From positions 6,630 to 70,629 of IMG/VR virus record IMGVR_UViG_3300013102_000004: DNA of 64,000 nucleotides; one strand, written 5' to 3'. Origin of the DNA: a virus. Lineage: Duplodnaviria > Heunggongvirae > Uroviricota > Caudoviricetes. Under the pieces are notes generated by a model. That model was not told the DNA's origin. It did not search any database and saw only the letters and a program-made list of their open reading frames with translations. Within the stretch, counting starts at the first letter, position 1; each line of letters opens with the position of its first letter. Of this stretch, positions 36,535-45,396 are shown in pieces. The translations under genes were made by a program, and so were the position numbers.

Positions 36535-36584
36535 ATGACCTAAGACTAACACGCTCAACGCTGCTTAGGTATTCAATTGTACCA

Positions 36585-36959
36585 CTACCGCATTCGTTTG
36601 ACAACCTTGGTTACCTGGTCAATGACCTCAGGGGAAACCGATGTTGTCTCACCGTCGTGTTGCCCAGTGATCAATACGTTTCCGAACAACGGGTTGATCT
36701 CTTCAACCTCTGCTCCGAGATACCTTGCCACAATTCGCATTGCGTAAGGATTCAGCGTTGCAAGAGGATCGGAAGGATTGGTAGTGATCGCTCCCTCATC
36801 ATCCAACCACATATCAGTGGTGAATGCAAGTGGCACACGATCAACTGTCGAACAACCGATTGCCTTGTACATTCCCTGCAACGTAGAACCCTCTTCGGCA
36901 AGGTCAACAGTGCTGACTTCACCCTGAACAGTTACCAAGATTGCTGTTACTTCAGTCAT
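36585..36959 (-). CDS. hypothetical protein
   Basis: 124-aa ORF. Confidence 0.4.
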   Translation of the reverse strand: MTEVTAILVTVQGEVSTVDLAEEGSTLQGMYKAIGCSTVDRVPLAFTTDMWLDDEGAITTNPSDPLATLNPYAMRIVARYLGAEVEEINPLFGNVLITGQHDGETTSVSPEVIDQVTKVVKRMR

Positions 36960-37081
36960 TTTGACCTCCGAGCTAGTAGTTGATGTTCTGATCTGAAGTC
37001 TATCAGTTCAGAATCCGCTTGGCATGTTTCTTTGATTTCTTGCTCAGTTCCAGAAGTTCGTATCCCAGAATACGCTTGGCA

Positions 37082-37351
37082 TCATAGCTCAAGCCCTCCA
37101 AGTTGTCCTTCAGGTTCAGCAAGTGTGCCTGACGATCGTAAGCCATATTGTTTCCTCGTATGTTCGTAGTGTTCTGAAAGTGCTTCTGCCAATTCAGCTC
37201 CCATGTTAACACGGAACTGAACCTCTTTGCGCATTGACTGTACCAGATCATCATCCAGTTTGTAAAATTCCTGAATCGCTTCAAGTAATTGTGCATACGC
37301 CTGCATGAACTCTGTTACGTCCTGACTAGCCTGTTGCGCTAAATTGTCCAT
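37082..37351 (-). CDS. hypothetical helical protein
   Basis: MDNLAQQASQDVTEFMQAYAQLLEAIQEFYKL..; overlaps an alternative-frame ORF at 37003-37296. Confidence 0.3.
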   Translation of the reverse strand: MDNLAQQASQDVTEFMQAYAQLLEAIQEFYKLDDDLVQSMRKEVQFRVNMGAELAEALSEHYEHTRKQYGLRSSGTLAEPEGQLGGLEL

Positions 37352-37862
37352 AAGCTTCCACCACCTGAACAATCTCGTCTGCAAGCTGCTGTGTCATCAT
37401 AGCACCATCAGGAATGCTGTACTCTACCAGACCTTCGTCATTCATTCCAGCTTCGATCTTACCCATAGTCATATGAGTGTGAATGAACTGTCTCATCCTA
37501 ACACGACGATAGAGATTGACCCAATCGACCAGTGCCGCCGAAATCTCTAAACCTAAATAGTTTTGCAGGTCAGGCGACATTACAGCTTTATCTATTTCAG
37601 ACCCTAGCATGTTTGGGAACCTCTTGGCAACTTGGTCCCTGAGCTGTGCAAAATCAATAAAGTTAGCTGGTATTGACGCCTTGACCTTACTCCACTTAGC
37701 ATCGAATGCTCTCTGTTCAGACTCTCGAATCGCATCGGTTGCCTGATACAGCTCTGCTACATTTGTCGTGTAGTCATCGTAAAAATTTGTCAACTTGCTA
37801 CTCCAAATGCTTGTGATGATGCTGGTGTTCGTTCGTACAAACCTATCACACACCACTTGCAA
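37326..37862 (-). CDS. hypothetical protein
   Basis: 178-aa ORF. Confidence 0.4.
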   Translation of the reverse strand: MQVVCDRFVRTNTSIITSIWSSKLTNFYDDYTTNVAELYQATDAIRESEQRAFDAKWSKVKASIPANFIDFAQLRDQVAKRFPNMLGSEIDKAVMSPDLQNYLGLEISAALVDWVNLYRRVRMRQFIHTHMTMGKIEAGMNDEGLVEYSIPDGAMMTQQLADEIVQVVEAYGQFSATG

Positions 37863-38344
37863 TGGAAAATGCTGTGGTCACAGTCTTTTGAATCCATTTG
37901 TGCCCACTTGGGAAAAGCATACGGTTGTGGCAAACTACCACACGTATCACAAACTTCATCCTTGTCAAGGTTGCGACCTTCATTACAGCATTCCATTGGT
38001 GGACGCTTGACAACTTTACTCTTTGGTTCCTTGAACGGAAGTGGCTCTAGCTTTCCATCTTCCATGTATAGGCGTGAACCCTTCTTATTATTACACTTAA
38101 AGTGCATAAGAACGTAGTTGGACATATCGTCCAGCCCACCCGCCGAACGCGGGATAACGTGGTCAATGGTTCTGAAATTAGAGTTAGTAAAGGTGTATCT
38201 GTCGAAAGGGCATTCGTTAAATTGGCAGAAGTCACCATCGCGCTCAATCAGAGCTTCAATGGTTTCTGCTGTCTTTAACCGTTTCCTTTTGCCTTCCGAC
38301 ATTTCTTCAGTTGTAACTTCCATATCATAAAGCCTTCCATCCAT
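37790..38344 (-). CDS. HNH endonuclease
   Basis: DHVIPRSAGGLDDMSNYVLMHFKCNNKKG motif plus CxxC zinc knuckles; immediately upstream of the terminase. Confidence 0.6.
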   Translation of the reverse strand: MDGRLYDMEVTTEEMSEGKRKRLKTAETIEALIERDGDFCQFNECPFDRYTFTNSNFRTIDHVIPRSAGGLDDMSNYVLMHFKCNNKKGSRLYMEDGKLEPLPFKEPKSKVVKRPPMECCNEGRNLDKDEVCDTCGSLPQPYAFPKWAQMDSKDCDHSIFHCKWCVIGLYERTPASSQAFGVAS

Positions 38345-40118
38345 CCAAAAAACTATTTAAGTAACCCGGCATTTCCGGTTTTTCAAGATTATCATTAAGT
38401 TGTCTAGCAGTCAATTCAGCCTCTTCCTTCAACAAACTTTCCATAGTTATCATTTTTAGCTCAGTGTCTCGAATTGTATGTCTAATACAGTTGTTCGTAA
38501 CACCAACAACAGCTTCGGAAATATCGTTGAAGTGTTCCTTGCCGACAGGGTGATCTACCTTACCCTTGACGATAATCAAGTTCTTCAGTTCCTTCCACAA
38601 TTTTTCAGATTGCGGCCCGGTCATTCTACCCTCAGACATTGCCGTTCTAAATTCTATGTACTCTTCACGCTTCAAACTGAACTTCTCTGAGTCCACTCCG
38701 ACGCTCTCAAGATACTGAATGTTGTCGAACGATTGCCACTGGTCAAACGTTACCTTACGCACATTGAACTTTTTACACAAGAGCATGATGAAGTCCATCA
38801 CTTCAGCATCATCAACCGGCTTCAGTCTAGTAGGTTCCCACAGTCTGAACAAGTCAATGGTGATGAAAGGTTGTGCGTCCGTATGGACTCTAGCATGTTG
38901 ATCTGGCTCAACCCAATCGGACACGTGACCCATTGCGACTACTGTACGGTCAGAAACCTTTGAAAGGTCTACGTGAATAAAGTATTCTGTTTCTGGGTCG
39001 GTCTGCTGAGTCTTGACTTCTCCGTCCTCCCAGCCATTTTGACCAGAGAAAACTGATTCAATTCTCTCATGGTTCGTGATGAACGATGTTGCATCATGGT
39101 CCGGTGGGTTCGCACAAACACGCATGAGTGTATCAGACTCGTTGTTGTTGTGGTCACGCAGAAAGTCATCCCTATATCCTTCAATGTTAGCGTTTGGATT
39201 CACTCGGAAAGTAGGGGCCTTCAGAGCAAAAAAGTTCGGAACTTCGTAACTGTGGACTATATCTTCTGTCCAAGTTACTGTCAATGTGTTACCAGGCTCT
39301 TCAGGATCAAGCTTGTCATTTAGGACAAACTCGTGCTGAAAAGTATTAACCTCTAGGTCATCTCCTACAACCTCATTATATTTACGCATCATGAACCCCT
39401 CTTTTGTACGAGGGAAACTCAATGTGATTAACTTACCAGTAGCGGGAAAACGAGACGAGATGGTACCAGAAATAGCCTTGAATACATCGTCAGCGTATCC
39501 TTCAACTGTGAAACCGTCAAGCTCATCGAGTACTGCAACCATGATGTTCAAACCTTCGGCTGCCTCGAAACTAGAGTGCAAAGAGTATACAGTGATCTTG
39601 TGCGCAAAGCCAATGTCAGTTGATCTGTCATAGTACTTTCCGGCGAACCACGGACTTGTCTTGATTGCGATAACCAGAGGATCGAAGAACACACGTCTAG
39701 CCTGTGGAGCGTTCAAAGCCATATTGATAATGTCAATAGGGTCACCTGCTGGTCTCTTGAAGTACTTCTGTGGGTTCTTCAAGCACAATAACTTATAGAC
39801 GATATAGAGTACGGTCAATCGGGCAACGAAGTCCTTACCGGAACCCTTACCGAGCATAAGCAAAAGATTCTTGACATTCCTGTCCCAAATCTCTTCTGCC
39901 TTTTCCTTGCCGTGCAATTCCACAAGAGTATGCTTGTAGTAAATTTGGCTACCGCGATCTACGATATCATACTGAATCGGAGTCAGTCTAATACCGTCAT
40001 TGTAGATACCCATGTACTCTCTATCGTACAAGAAGGTATCCAAATCCACCGGGATTTCATCGAAATCAGATGGATTCAGAGCCTCTAGAAAATCATTATA
40101 ATTACTCATTTGCAACAC
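38325..40118 (-). CDS. terL: terminase large subunit
   Basis: Walker A LGKGSGKD, Walker B MVAVLDELDGF, C-terminal RNaseH-like nuclease region FIHVDLSKVSDR. Confidence 0.7.
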   Translation of the reverse strand: MLQMSNYNDFLEALNPSDFDEIPVDLDTFLYDREYMGIYNDGIRLTPIQYDIVDRGSQIYYKHTLVELHGKEKAEEIWDRNVKNLLLMLGKGSGKDFVARLTVLYIVYKLLCLKNPQKYFKRPAGDPIDIINMALNAPQARRVFFDPLVIAIKTSPWFAGKYYDRSTDIGFAHKITVYSLHSSFEAAEGLNIMVAVLDELDGFTVEGYADDVFKAISGTISSRFPATGKLITLSFPRTKEGFMMRKYNEVVGDDLEVNTFQHEFVLNDKLDPEEPGNTLTVTWTEDIVHSYEVPNFFALKAPTFRVNPNANIEGYRDDFLRDHNNNESDTLMRVCANPPDHDATSFITNHERIESVFSGQNGWEDGEVKTQQTDPETEYFIHVDLSKVSDRTVVAMGHVSDWVEPDQHARVHTDAQPFITIDLFRLWEPTRLKPVDDAEVMDFIMLLCKKFNVRKVTFDQWQSFDNIQYLESVGVDSEKFSLKREEYIEFRTAMSEGRMTGPQSEKLWKELKNLIIVKGKVDHPVGKEHFNDISEAVVGVTNNCIRHTIRDTELKMITMESLLKEEAELTARQLNDNLEKPEMPGYLNSFLDGWKAL

Positions 40119-40638
40119 GAGTAGCGATTACTTCGCCGCTCATCTCCGCAATACGCTCAGCAATGTACTTGCCTGCATCTGGCCATTCACGTGCAACGTC
40201 CTTCAGAATCTCTACGATCTTCTCTTGACGTGCATTCGATTCGGCAATGTCATCACCGATATTTTGAGCTGACAATACGCCTGCCTTCTGCAATGCGTCT
40301 ACACGCTTACCCTCTGTTTCCACAATAAGTTTAAGCGTGCTAGCCTTCAGCTTCATATCGTCTGCCATTTCGGCTGCTGTAATTACTTCATACAGTTGTA
40401 CGATGATGCTGCTGAAATGCTCATCCATATAGCCGATGATTTCTCGACTTCTGTTTGAGGTCCACATATCATTGCGAATGAAAGTCTTGTACTGCTCATT
40501 GATCTTTCGCTGCTCTGCTGGTGGAACTCCGGTTGCCGAAAGGATATATTCTTTACTGCGCTGTTCGGCTGTCAGTTTGACAACTTCCATATTGCGCTCA
40601 GCGATTTGATCCTCTGGCAATTCTAATTTATTACTCAT
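40102..40638 (-). CDS. hypothetical protein (position fits a terminase small subunit)
   Basis: 178-aa helical ORF directly downstream of terL. Confidence 0.3.
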   Translation of the reverse strand: MSNKLELPEDQIAERNMEVVKLTAEQRSKEYILSATGVPPAEQRKINEQYKTFIRNDMWTSNRSREIIGYMDEHFSSIIVQLYEVITAAEMADDMKLKASTLKLIVETEGKRVDALQKAGVLSAQNIGDDIAESNARQEKIVEILKDVAREWPDAGKYIAERIAEMSGEVIATRVANE

Positions 40639-40928
40639 TTTTTCGTTTTGGCGAAACTTCTCTTGTAGACAATGCCCATGATCTTGTCAGGGCGAAAAGC
40701 TCTCCATCCTCCTAAGGTTGTGTCGTATACGTCTACCCATTCTTTCCCTGTGTGGGAATTTACTGCTAAAAAGCGGAACCTAAACACTGATCGTTCATGC
40801 TTTATCTTAATCAGTGATCCAGGTTTGATTACGTCGTTCTTGAAATTGATTTCATAGACCAGACTGACCTCTGGGTTGTTATGATATGGTGCTGTTTCTT
40901 GAACATAGGTCTTCCTACGCGTAACCAT
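40635..40928 (-). CDS. hypothetical protein
   Basis: 97-aa ORF. Confidence 0.35.
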   Translation of the reverse strand: MVTRRKTYVQETAPYHNNPEVSLVYEINFKNDVIKPGSLIKIKHERSVFRFRFLAVNSHTGKEWVDVYDTTLGGWRAFRPDKIMGIVYKRSFAKTKK

Positions 40929-41056
40929 TTCACTTCATCCCTCCCGCTGTTGGTGCCCAAACTGAGCCTGAAAATCTTTGAAGTCGTTTCAGATCACCTT
41001 GATTATCTCTTTCAGCAATCGGAACATTCAGTTCGAACTCATTTCCATCTTTATCT

Positions 41057-41581
41057 TTATATATGTAAATCGGCATTCTCATTCTCCTTTATTGAATTAA
41101 TGTAATCCACAGCGAGACTAAGACGACTAGCCGGATTTACGTCAGGCATCGTGAGATGATTGATCTTTGATCCTTCCAACTGAGTCCTAATTGATAAATC
41201 AACTATGCTGGTAGTCTTTTCATCTGTGGGTCTAAAACCGTCATCCTCTGGTTCCCAATAAACAGGGAAGTAGATTACCAACGGCTTAGTCTGTGCCCAT
41301 TTCACTGCGTTCAATAAACTATTTACTGACAGCTCTGGGAAACCATATGCTAAATCATATCCTACTATGTCAAGCGGTGCCCGGTCAAAAACTGAATCCG
41401 CTCCCGTCGTTGCCAATTCAAATATCTTATCACTTATGTACTTCTGGTGTTCAACAGTGCCGATCTTAAACGGACTGGTTCTGCTGATGCTCGGTTGCAA
41501 GGGCAGGTCGTAGTGGTTGGACAGCAATTTACCAACGGTTGTCTTACCTGTACCTGAAGCTCCTGTCAAAAAGATTTTCAT
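41057..41581 (-). CDS. P-loop NTPase / putative nucleotide or polynucleotide kinase
   Basis: MKIFLTGASGTGKTTVGKLL Walker A at the extreme N-terminus. Confidence 0.45.
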   Translation of the reverse strand: MKIFLTGASGTGKTTVGKLLSNHYDLPLQPSISRTSPFKIGTVEHQKYISDKIFELATTGADSVFDRAPLDIVGYDLAYGFPELSVNSLLNAVKWAQTKPLVIYFPVYWEPEDDGFRPTDEKTTSIVDLSIRTQLEGSKINHLTMPDVNPASRLSLAVDYINSIKENENADLHI

Positions 41582-41787
41582 TTGATCAACCCGGCTTTCT
41601 TCAATGCTGTTCTAATCGTATTCGTACTGCAACCGCACTCTTCAGCCAACGATTCTACGCTTCGGTGCTTAGTTGTGTATTCGGCAAACAGCCATGCTCT
41701 GCTAGTATACTTTTTTGGTTTAACCATTTTTGACCAACCTAGAATGTCCAACATGCGCAATAGCAATTGCATCTGAAATATTATCAT
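41578..41787 (-). CDS. small HTH DNA-binding protein
   Basis: SVESLAEECGCSTNTIRTALKKAG helix-turn-helix. Confidence 0.35.
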   Translation of the reverse strand: MIIFQMQLLLRMLDILGWSKMVKPKKYTSRAWLFAEYTTKHRSVESLAEECGCSTNTIRTALKKAGLIK

Positions 41788-42259
41788 TCTCGGCCTTTAC
41801 ACCGTAATTCTTTTCTACCCAATCCATTGTAATTTGCTTTCTGTACTTTCTTACAGCAGTGTCGATCTGAGACTTTGTTTTAAGCTCTGGTCTAGCTGCT
41901 GCCCATGCCTTTTTAACGTTTCCCTTGATCACTGAATTTCCTATAGCCTCTTGCCATTGAATAGGAGTGAATTCGTGAACATCGGAACCTTCTAGAATGA
42001 CAGACTTCACCGCCCCGAAAACCTCAGCCATTTTGATTGCTACCGCAATACTACGAACCATGACTGCTCTTTCCCAGACGATGAAGTCAACATCAAATAT
42101 TTCTGCGTTAGCAGTTGTTTTCTTTCGAGCATCAACCAGCCTAGCGTGAATGTCTTTTCCGTAGAACATGATTTCACCGTAGTTGAGTAGTTTGCCGTCT
42201 TCGACAACACCATACGCTAAGCTGTTTGTAGAGCAATCAATGCCCATTACTTTAGACAC
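41720..42259 (-). CDS. RuvC-like Holliday junction resolvase
   Basis: MGIDCSTNSLAYGVV N-terminal catalytic Asp block. Confidence 0.5.
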   Translation of the reverse strand: MSKVMGIDCSTNSLAYGVVEDGKLLNYGEIMFYGKDIHARLVDARKKTTANAEIFDVDFIVWERAVMVRSIAVAIKMAEVFGAVKSVILEGSDVHEFTPIQWQEAIGNSVIKGNVKKAWAAARPELKTKSQIDTAVRKYRKQITMDWVEKNYGVKAENDNISDAIAIAHVGHSRLVKNG

Positions 42260-43022
42260 GACTGTAGTCCTTCAGTAACGGAATGTAAACTTTTCCGTCA
42301 CCTGCTTCGTCACAAGCTTCTTTGATTGCACACTGACCACAAATCTTCGAGTTCTTACGACGGTTCTTGAAATACTTTGGCATCTCTTGATCGTCATAAG
42401 CCTTGCGTGTCTCCTGCATCCAAGCCCAAGCATTATCAATTGTCTCTTGATGTTCGGGAGTCATACGAACCGGAATCATGATCTTATCATACGTGTTTTT
42501 GTTTTCGTACATGACGAATCCAAGGTCAGTTCCGAGAATCTTCATATAGACCAGTAATTGCAGAATGTGGTAATCGGCTGCTTTCCTGCTGGCCTCCCTG
42601 TACTCAAATGCTAGGTCGTTACACGTCTTAATTTCGATGGGTACACGCTTGTCTCCGAGGTTGACAATAACGTCACAGAAGCTATTGATCGGAGGATCAA
42701 CATTTCTTAATTGCTCTTCACAGACCGCATCGAGTGGACCCGACAAAATCTGTTCCTGCATACGTGCGTGACCATCAGAACCGGACTGCATGTTGTTCTT
42801 CGCAAAAGAGGTAATCGTTTCTTTGGAATTGACACCATTGAAAAGAAAATACCAGTTACGCGGGCAACCACCAGCACCCCATGCCAAACGACTAGGACTG
42901 AATGTCTTTTTCTTAACTTGTTCTTCTGTTGTTACATCTCTAAAAGAATCCTGTATTCCCTTAGTTATTAGTTTTATATCTGAGGGCTGGCCAAAACCAG
43001 CAAGCCTATCGCCGTTATCCAA
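42252..43022 (-). CDS. Cas4/RecB-family PD-(D/E)xK exonuclease with a 4-Cys cluster
   Basis: D..EIK core (GDKRVPIEIKT); N-terminal Cys plus C-terminal CGQCAIKEAC. Confidence 0.55.
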   Translation of the reverse strand: MDNGDRLAGFGQPSDIKLITKGIQDSFRDVTTEEQVKKKTFSPSRLAWGAGGCPRNWYFLFNGVNSKETITSFAKNNMQSGSDGHARMQEQILSGPLDAVCEEQLRNVDPPINSFCDVIVNLGDKRVPIEIKTCNDLAFEYREASRKAADYHILQLLVYMKILGTDLGFVMYENKNTYDKIMIPVRMTPEHQETIDNAWAWMQETRKAYDDQEMPKYFKNRRKNSKICGQCAIKEACDEAGDGKVYIPLLKDYSRV

Positions 43023-43084
43023 TTAAATTACTTCCTTTTCTTATTCTTTTTCATTATATCACAAGAAAGTAACTTAATTGACAT

Positions 43085-43432
43085 TCAGTACACACGAGTG
43101 GTGTATTTCAATGCTTGGACAAGCTTCTCAGTTTCTTCCGATAGAGACATATACAGGTTCTTTTTGACCGCCGCGTTGTGTTCGCCCTTGCCTAGAAGCA
43201 TGAAATACTTCGCTTGCATCTTGAATACACCTGAGCTAGCCTGCAAAAAGTTAATGATCGGTGTAGCTCTATTGGCCGGAACGTCAGGCTTGGTCATAAT
43301 CAGAATGATCCAAGCGAGAGCCTGATTCACCTGTTCGTTGTCAAGCTCTTCGGCAATCTTGCTAACCTCTGTGATGCTAGAGATAAGCTTGTCTTGCTCT
43401 TCCGTTGGCATTGGCTGATAATCATCCTCCAT
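43085..43432 (-). CDS. hypothetical protein
   Basis: 115-aa ORF. Confidence 0.35.
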   Translation of the reverse strand: MEDDYQPMPTEEQDKLISSITEVSKIAEELDNEQVNQALAWIILIMTKPDVPANRATPIINFLQASSGVFKMQAKYFMLLGKGEHNAAVKKNLYMSLSEETEKLVQALKYTTRVY

Positions 43433-43763
43433 GCTTTTTGTACACCTCCCACATATCTAAGAACACTGCTTCACTCAAAGCTATTATTCTTATTCGAGTC
43501 TTCTCGTCTGTTCCGAGAACAATCTTGAACATTGGATTCGTCTTGTTGAACTTGGCATCCGTCTGTAGCTTGGTCCAAGTATTGATCGACACACCAAAAC
43601 TTTTTTCATATTCTTTTACATCGACAGTGAAAAATCCTGTCTCCGAATCATCTTCGTCTGTACGTAAGATTGCATCGCCCTTGTAGAAGCCACGCCCGCT
43701 GTTCTTAACGGGCGTGGCTCCCAGACGTTCAACTTCGTACAGCTCTGACTCTTGGTCAGCCAT
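43422..43763 (-). CDS. hypothetical protein
   Basis: 113-aa ORF. Confidence 0.35.
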   Translation of the reverse strand: MADQESELYEVERLGATPVKNSGRGFYKGDAILRTDEDDSETGFFTVDVKEYEKSFGVSINTWTKLQTDAKFNKTNPMFKIVLGTDEKTRIRIIALSEAVFLDMWEVYKKHGG

Positions 43764-44775
43764 ACATCTCTTCCTCTAGCTTTTCCTTGACTTCACCGAA
43801 CAACTCACGATCTTCTCTGAGAAGTTCGATCAGGCTTGGTCTACCTTGAACACTGATCTTGCCGTCACCGTACTTGAACCAGGAACCAGATTTCTCAATT
43901 ACGTCGTAATCAACTGCAAGGTCAATCAATTCAGCATCATTGTCAATGCCGATCTTTGGTCCACCGTAGTAAATGTCATACGTACACTTGAGACTCTGGC
44001 GTCCATTGACCTTGTTTTTGGTGATGGTTGCTTCCACGTGTCGTCCGATTGGCTGTTCAATTTCAACATTACCTCTCTTGACAAAGCCCTTGATCTGCTG
44101 ATCATCTCTATCTGAGCTTATCAACTTAATGATAACAGAGCTGTAGAAACCTGGTGCCTTACCGCCTTCTGCGATCTGCTTGACGTAGGTCTGACCAATC
44201 TCTGTTGTAGTCTGACTGATCAGAACTACCGCACAATCAGTTCCCGTCATAGCATACTGCAAGCCCTTGATCAGACGCTTAATAGACTTAGAGTCCGCGC
44301 CAATCTGACCACGATCTGTGTAGTCATTCAGCTCACCAGTTTTCTTATCTGTGAAAACGTCAGGCATCATAACACCGATTGAGTCTATACCGACAAAATC
44401 AATCCCGGCGCTGATCCATTCCTTGGCTGTTGCTTCAACCTGACTTGCTAGAACTACCTGAGCCACAACAAGTTCGTCAACATTGACACCTAAGTCTTCA
44501 GCGTACTGCCTGGACAAAGATTTCTCAACATCAATGAAACCGCATACCTTGCCGATAGCCTGCAAAGCTGCAATAGTTTGTAGCACAAGCATTGTCTTAC
44601 CAGCAGAGTAGTTGCCGTAAATCAGAGTGATTCGACCACCACCGATACCGCCACCTAGTTTCTCATTGAGCTGCAAGCTTCCTGTGGGAAGATAAACCGT
44701 CTCAATGGTGCTGGCAGTCAGTAAGTTCTTGGCAAGCTTAGGTCCAAGGTTAGCCTTGAAATCCTCGAAACTCAC
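43756..44775 (-). CDS. RecA/UvsX-family recombinase
   Basis: LGGGIGGGRITLIYGNYSAGKTMLVLQ RecA signature plus Walker A. Confidence 0.6.
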   Translation of the reverse strand: MSFEDFKANLGPKLAKNLLTASTIETVYLPTGSLQLNEKLGGGIGGGRITLIYGNYSAGKTMLVLQTIAALQAIGKVCGFIDVEKSLSRQYAEDLGVNVDELVVAQVVLASQVEATAKEWISAGIDFVGIDSIGVMMPDVFTDKKTGELNDYTDRGQIGADSKSIKRLIKGLQYAMTGTDCAVVLISQTTTEIGQTYVKQIAEGGKAPGFYSSVIIKLISSDRDDQQIKGFVKRGNVEIEQPIGRHVEATITKNKVNGRQSLKCTYDIYYGGPKIGIDNDAELIDLAVDYDVIEKSGSWFKYGDGKISVQGRPSLIELLREDRELFGEVKEKLEEEMYG

Positions 44776-45209
44776 CTAACATCACCGGAACCCTGAAGGG
44801 TACCGCGTTCCTTTCTCCCGTACAACTTATCTAGATTCTCTTCCGCAATGTCGGACAGATTCTCATCCATCTCATTTGCAAGTAATGCTGCGTACCAAAG
44901 AACGTCACCAAGCTCTGCTCGAATGGCTTCTTTTCTTTCTTCTGTCAGCACTCCGTTGTCATCACGGAAAACCTTTTTCATCTTATTCGGAATCTCACCG
45001 GCTTCACCAGATAGACCGAGAACTGTGTAATTCATTCCGGCAAGTGTTCCTCTGCCCGGATAAATTGCAGTTCCTAGTGCGGCCTGCTGATAATCATCTA
45101 ACGTTAAATCACTCACTCTTGTCTCCGTATAGCTCTTCGTATTCTTTAATCTCTTCGTCGTTCGGACCTCTCCAATCGACGCTGAACAATGTGCGGTCTC
45201 CCGCTTCAT
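44772..45209 (-). CDS. MazG-like nucleoside triphosphate pyrophosphohydrolase
   Basis: EAGEI..K..R...E.....ELGDVLWY motif. Confidence 0.55.
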   Translation of the reverse strand: MKRETAHCSASIGEVRTTKRLKNTKSYTETRVSDLTLDDYQQAALGTAIYPGRGTLAGMNYTVLGLSGEAGEIPNKMKKVFRDDNGVLTEERKEAIRAELGDVLWYAALLANEMDENLSDIAEENLDKLYGRKERGTLQGSGDVR

Positions 45210-45396
45210 TTCCTCTTGCGTGAATCACAGGAACATACCAACCCTGTGATTCGTTTATCGCAAACAATTCTCCCATGACATTGTTGTCAATAGAGAAGGG
45301 TTCAGCATTTTCCATCTCGTATGCTGTGATTGCTGCTGAAATCAGAATCGCCATGTTCTTGGGATTCATGATATCAACCTCTTCATTCTCCGACAT
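45109..45396 (-). CDS. hypothetical protein
   Basis: 95-aa ORF overlapping the mazG 5' end. Confidence 0.25.
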   Translation of the reverse strand: MSENEEVDIMNPKNMAILISAAITAYEMENAEPFSIDNNVMGELFAINESQGWYVPVIHARGNEAGDRTLFSVDWRGPNDEEIKEYEELYGDKSE

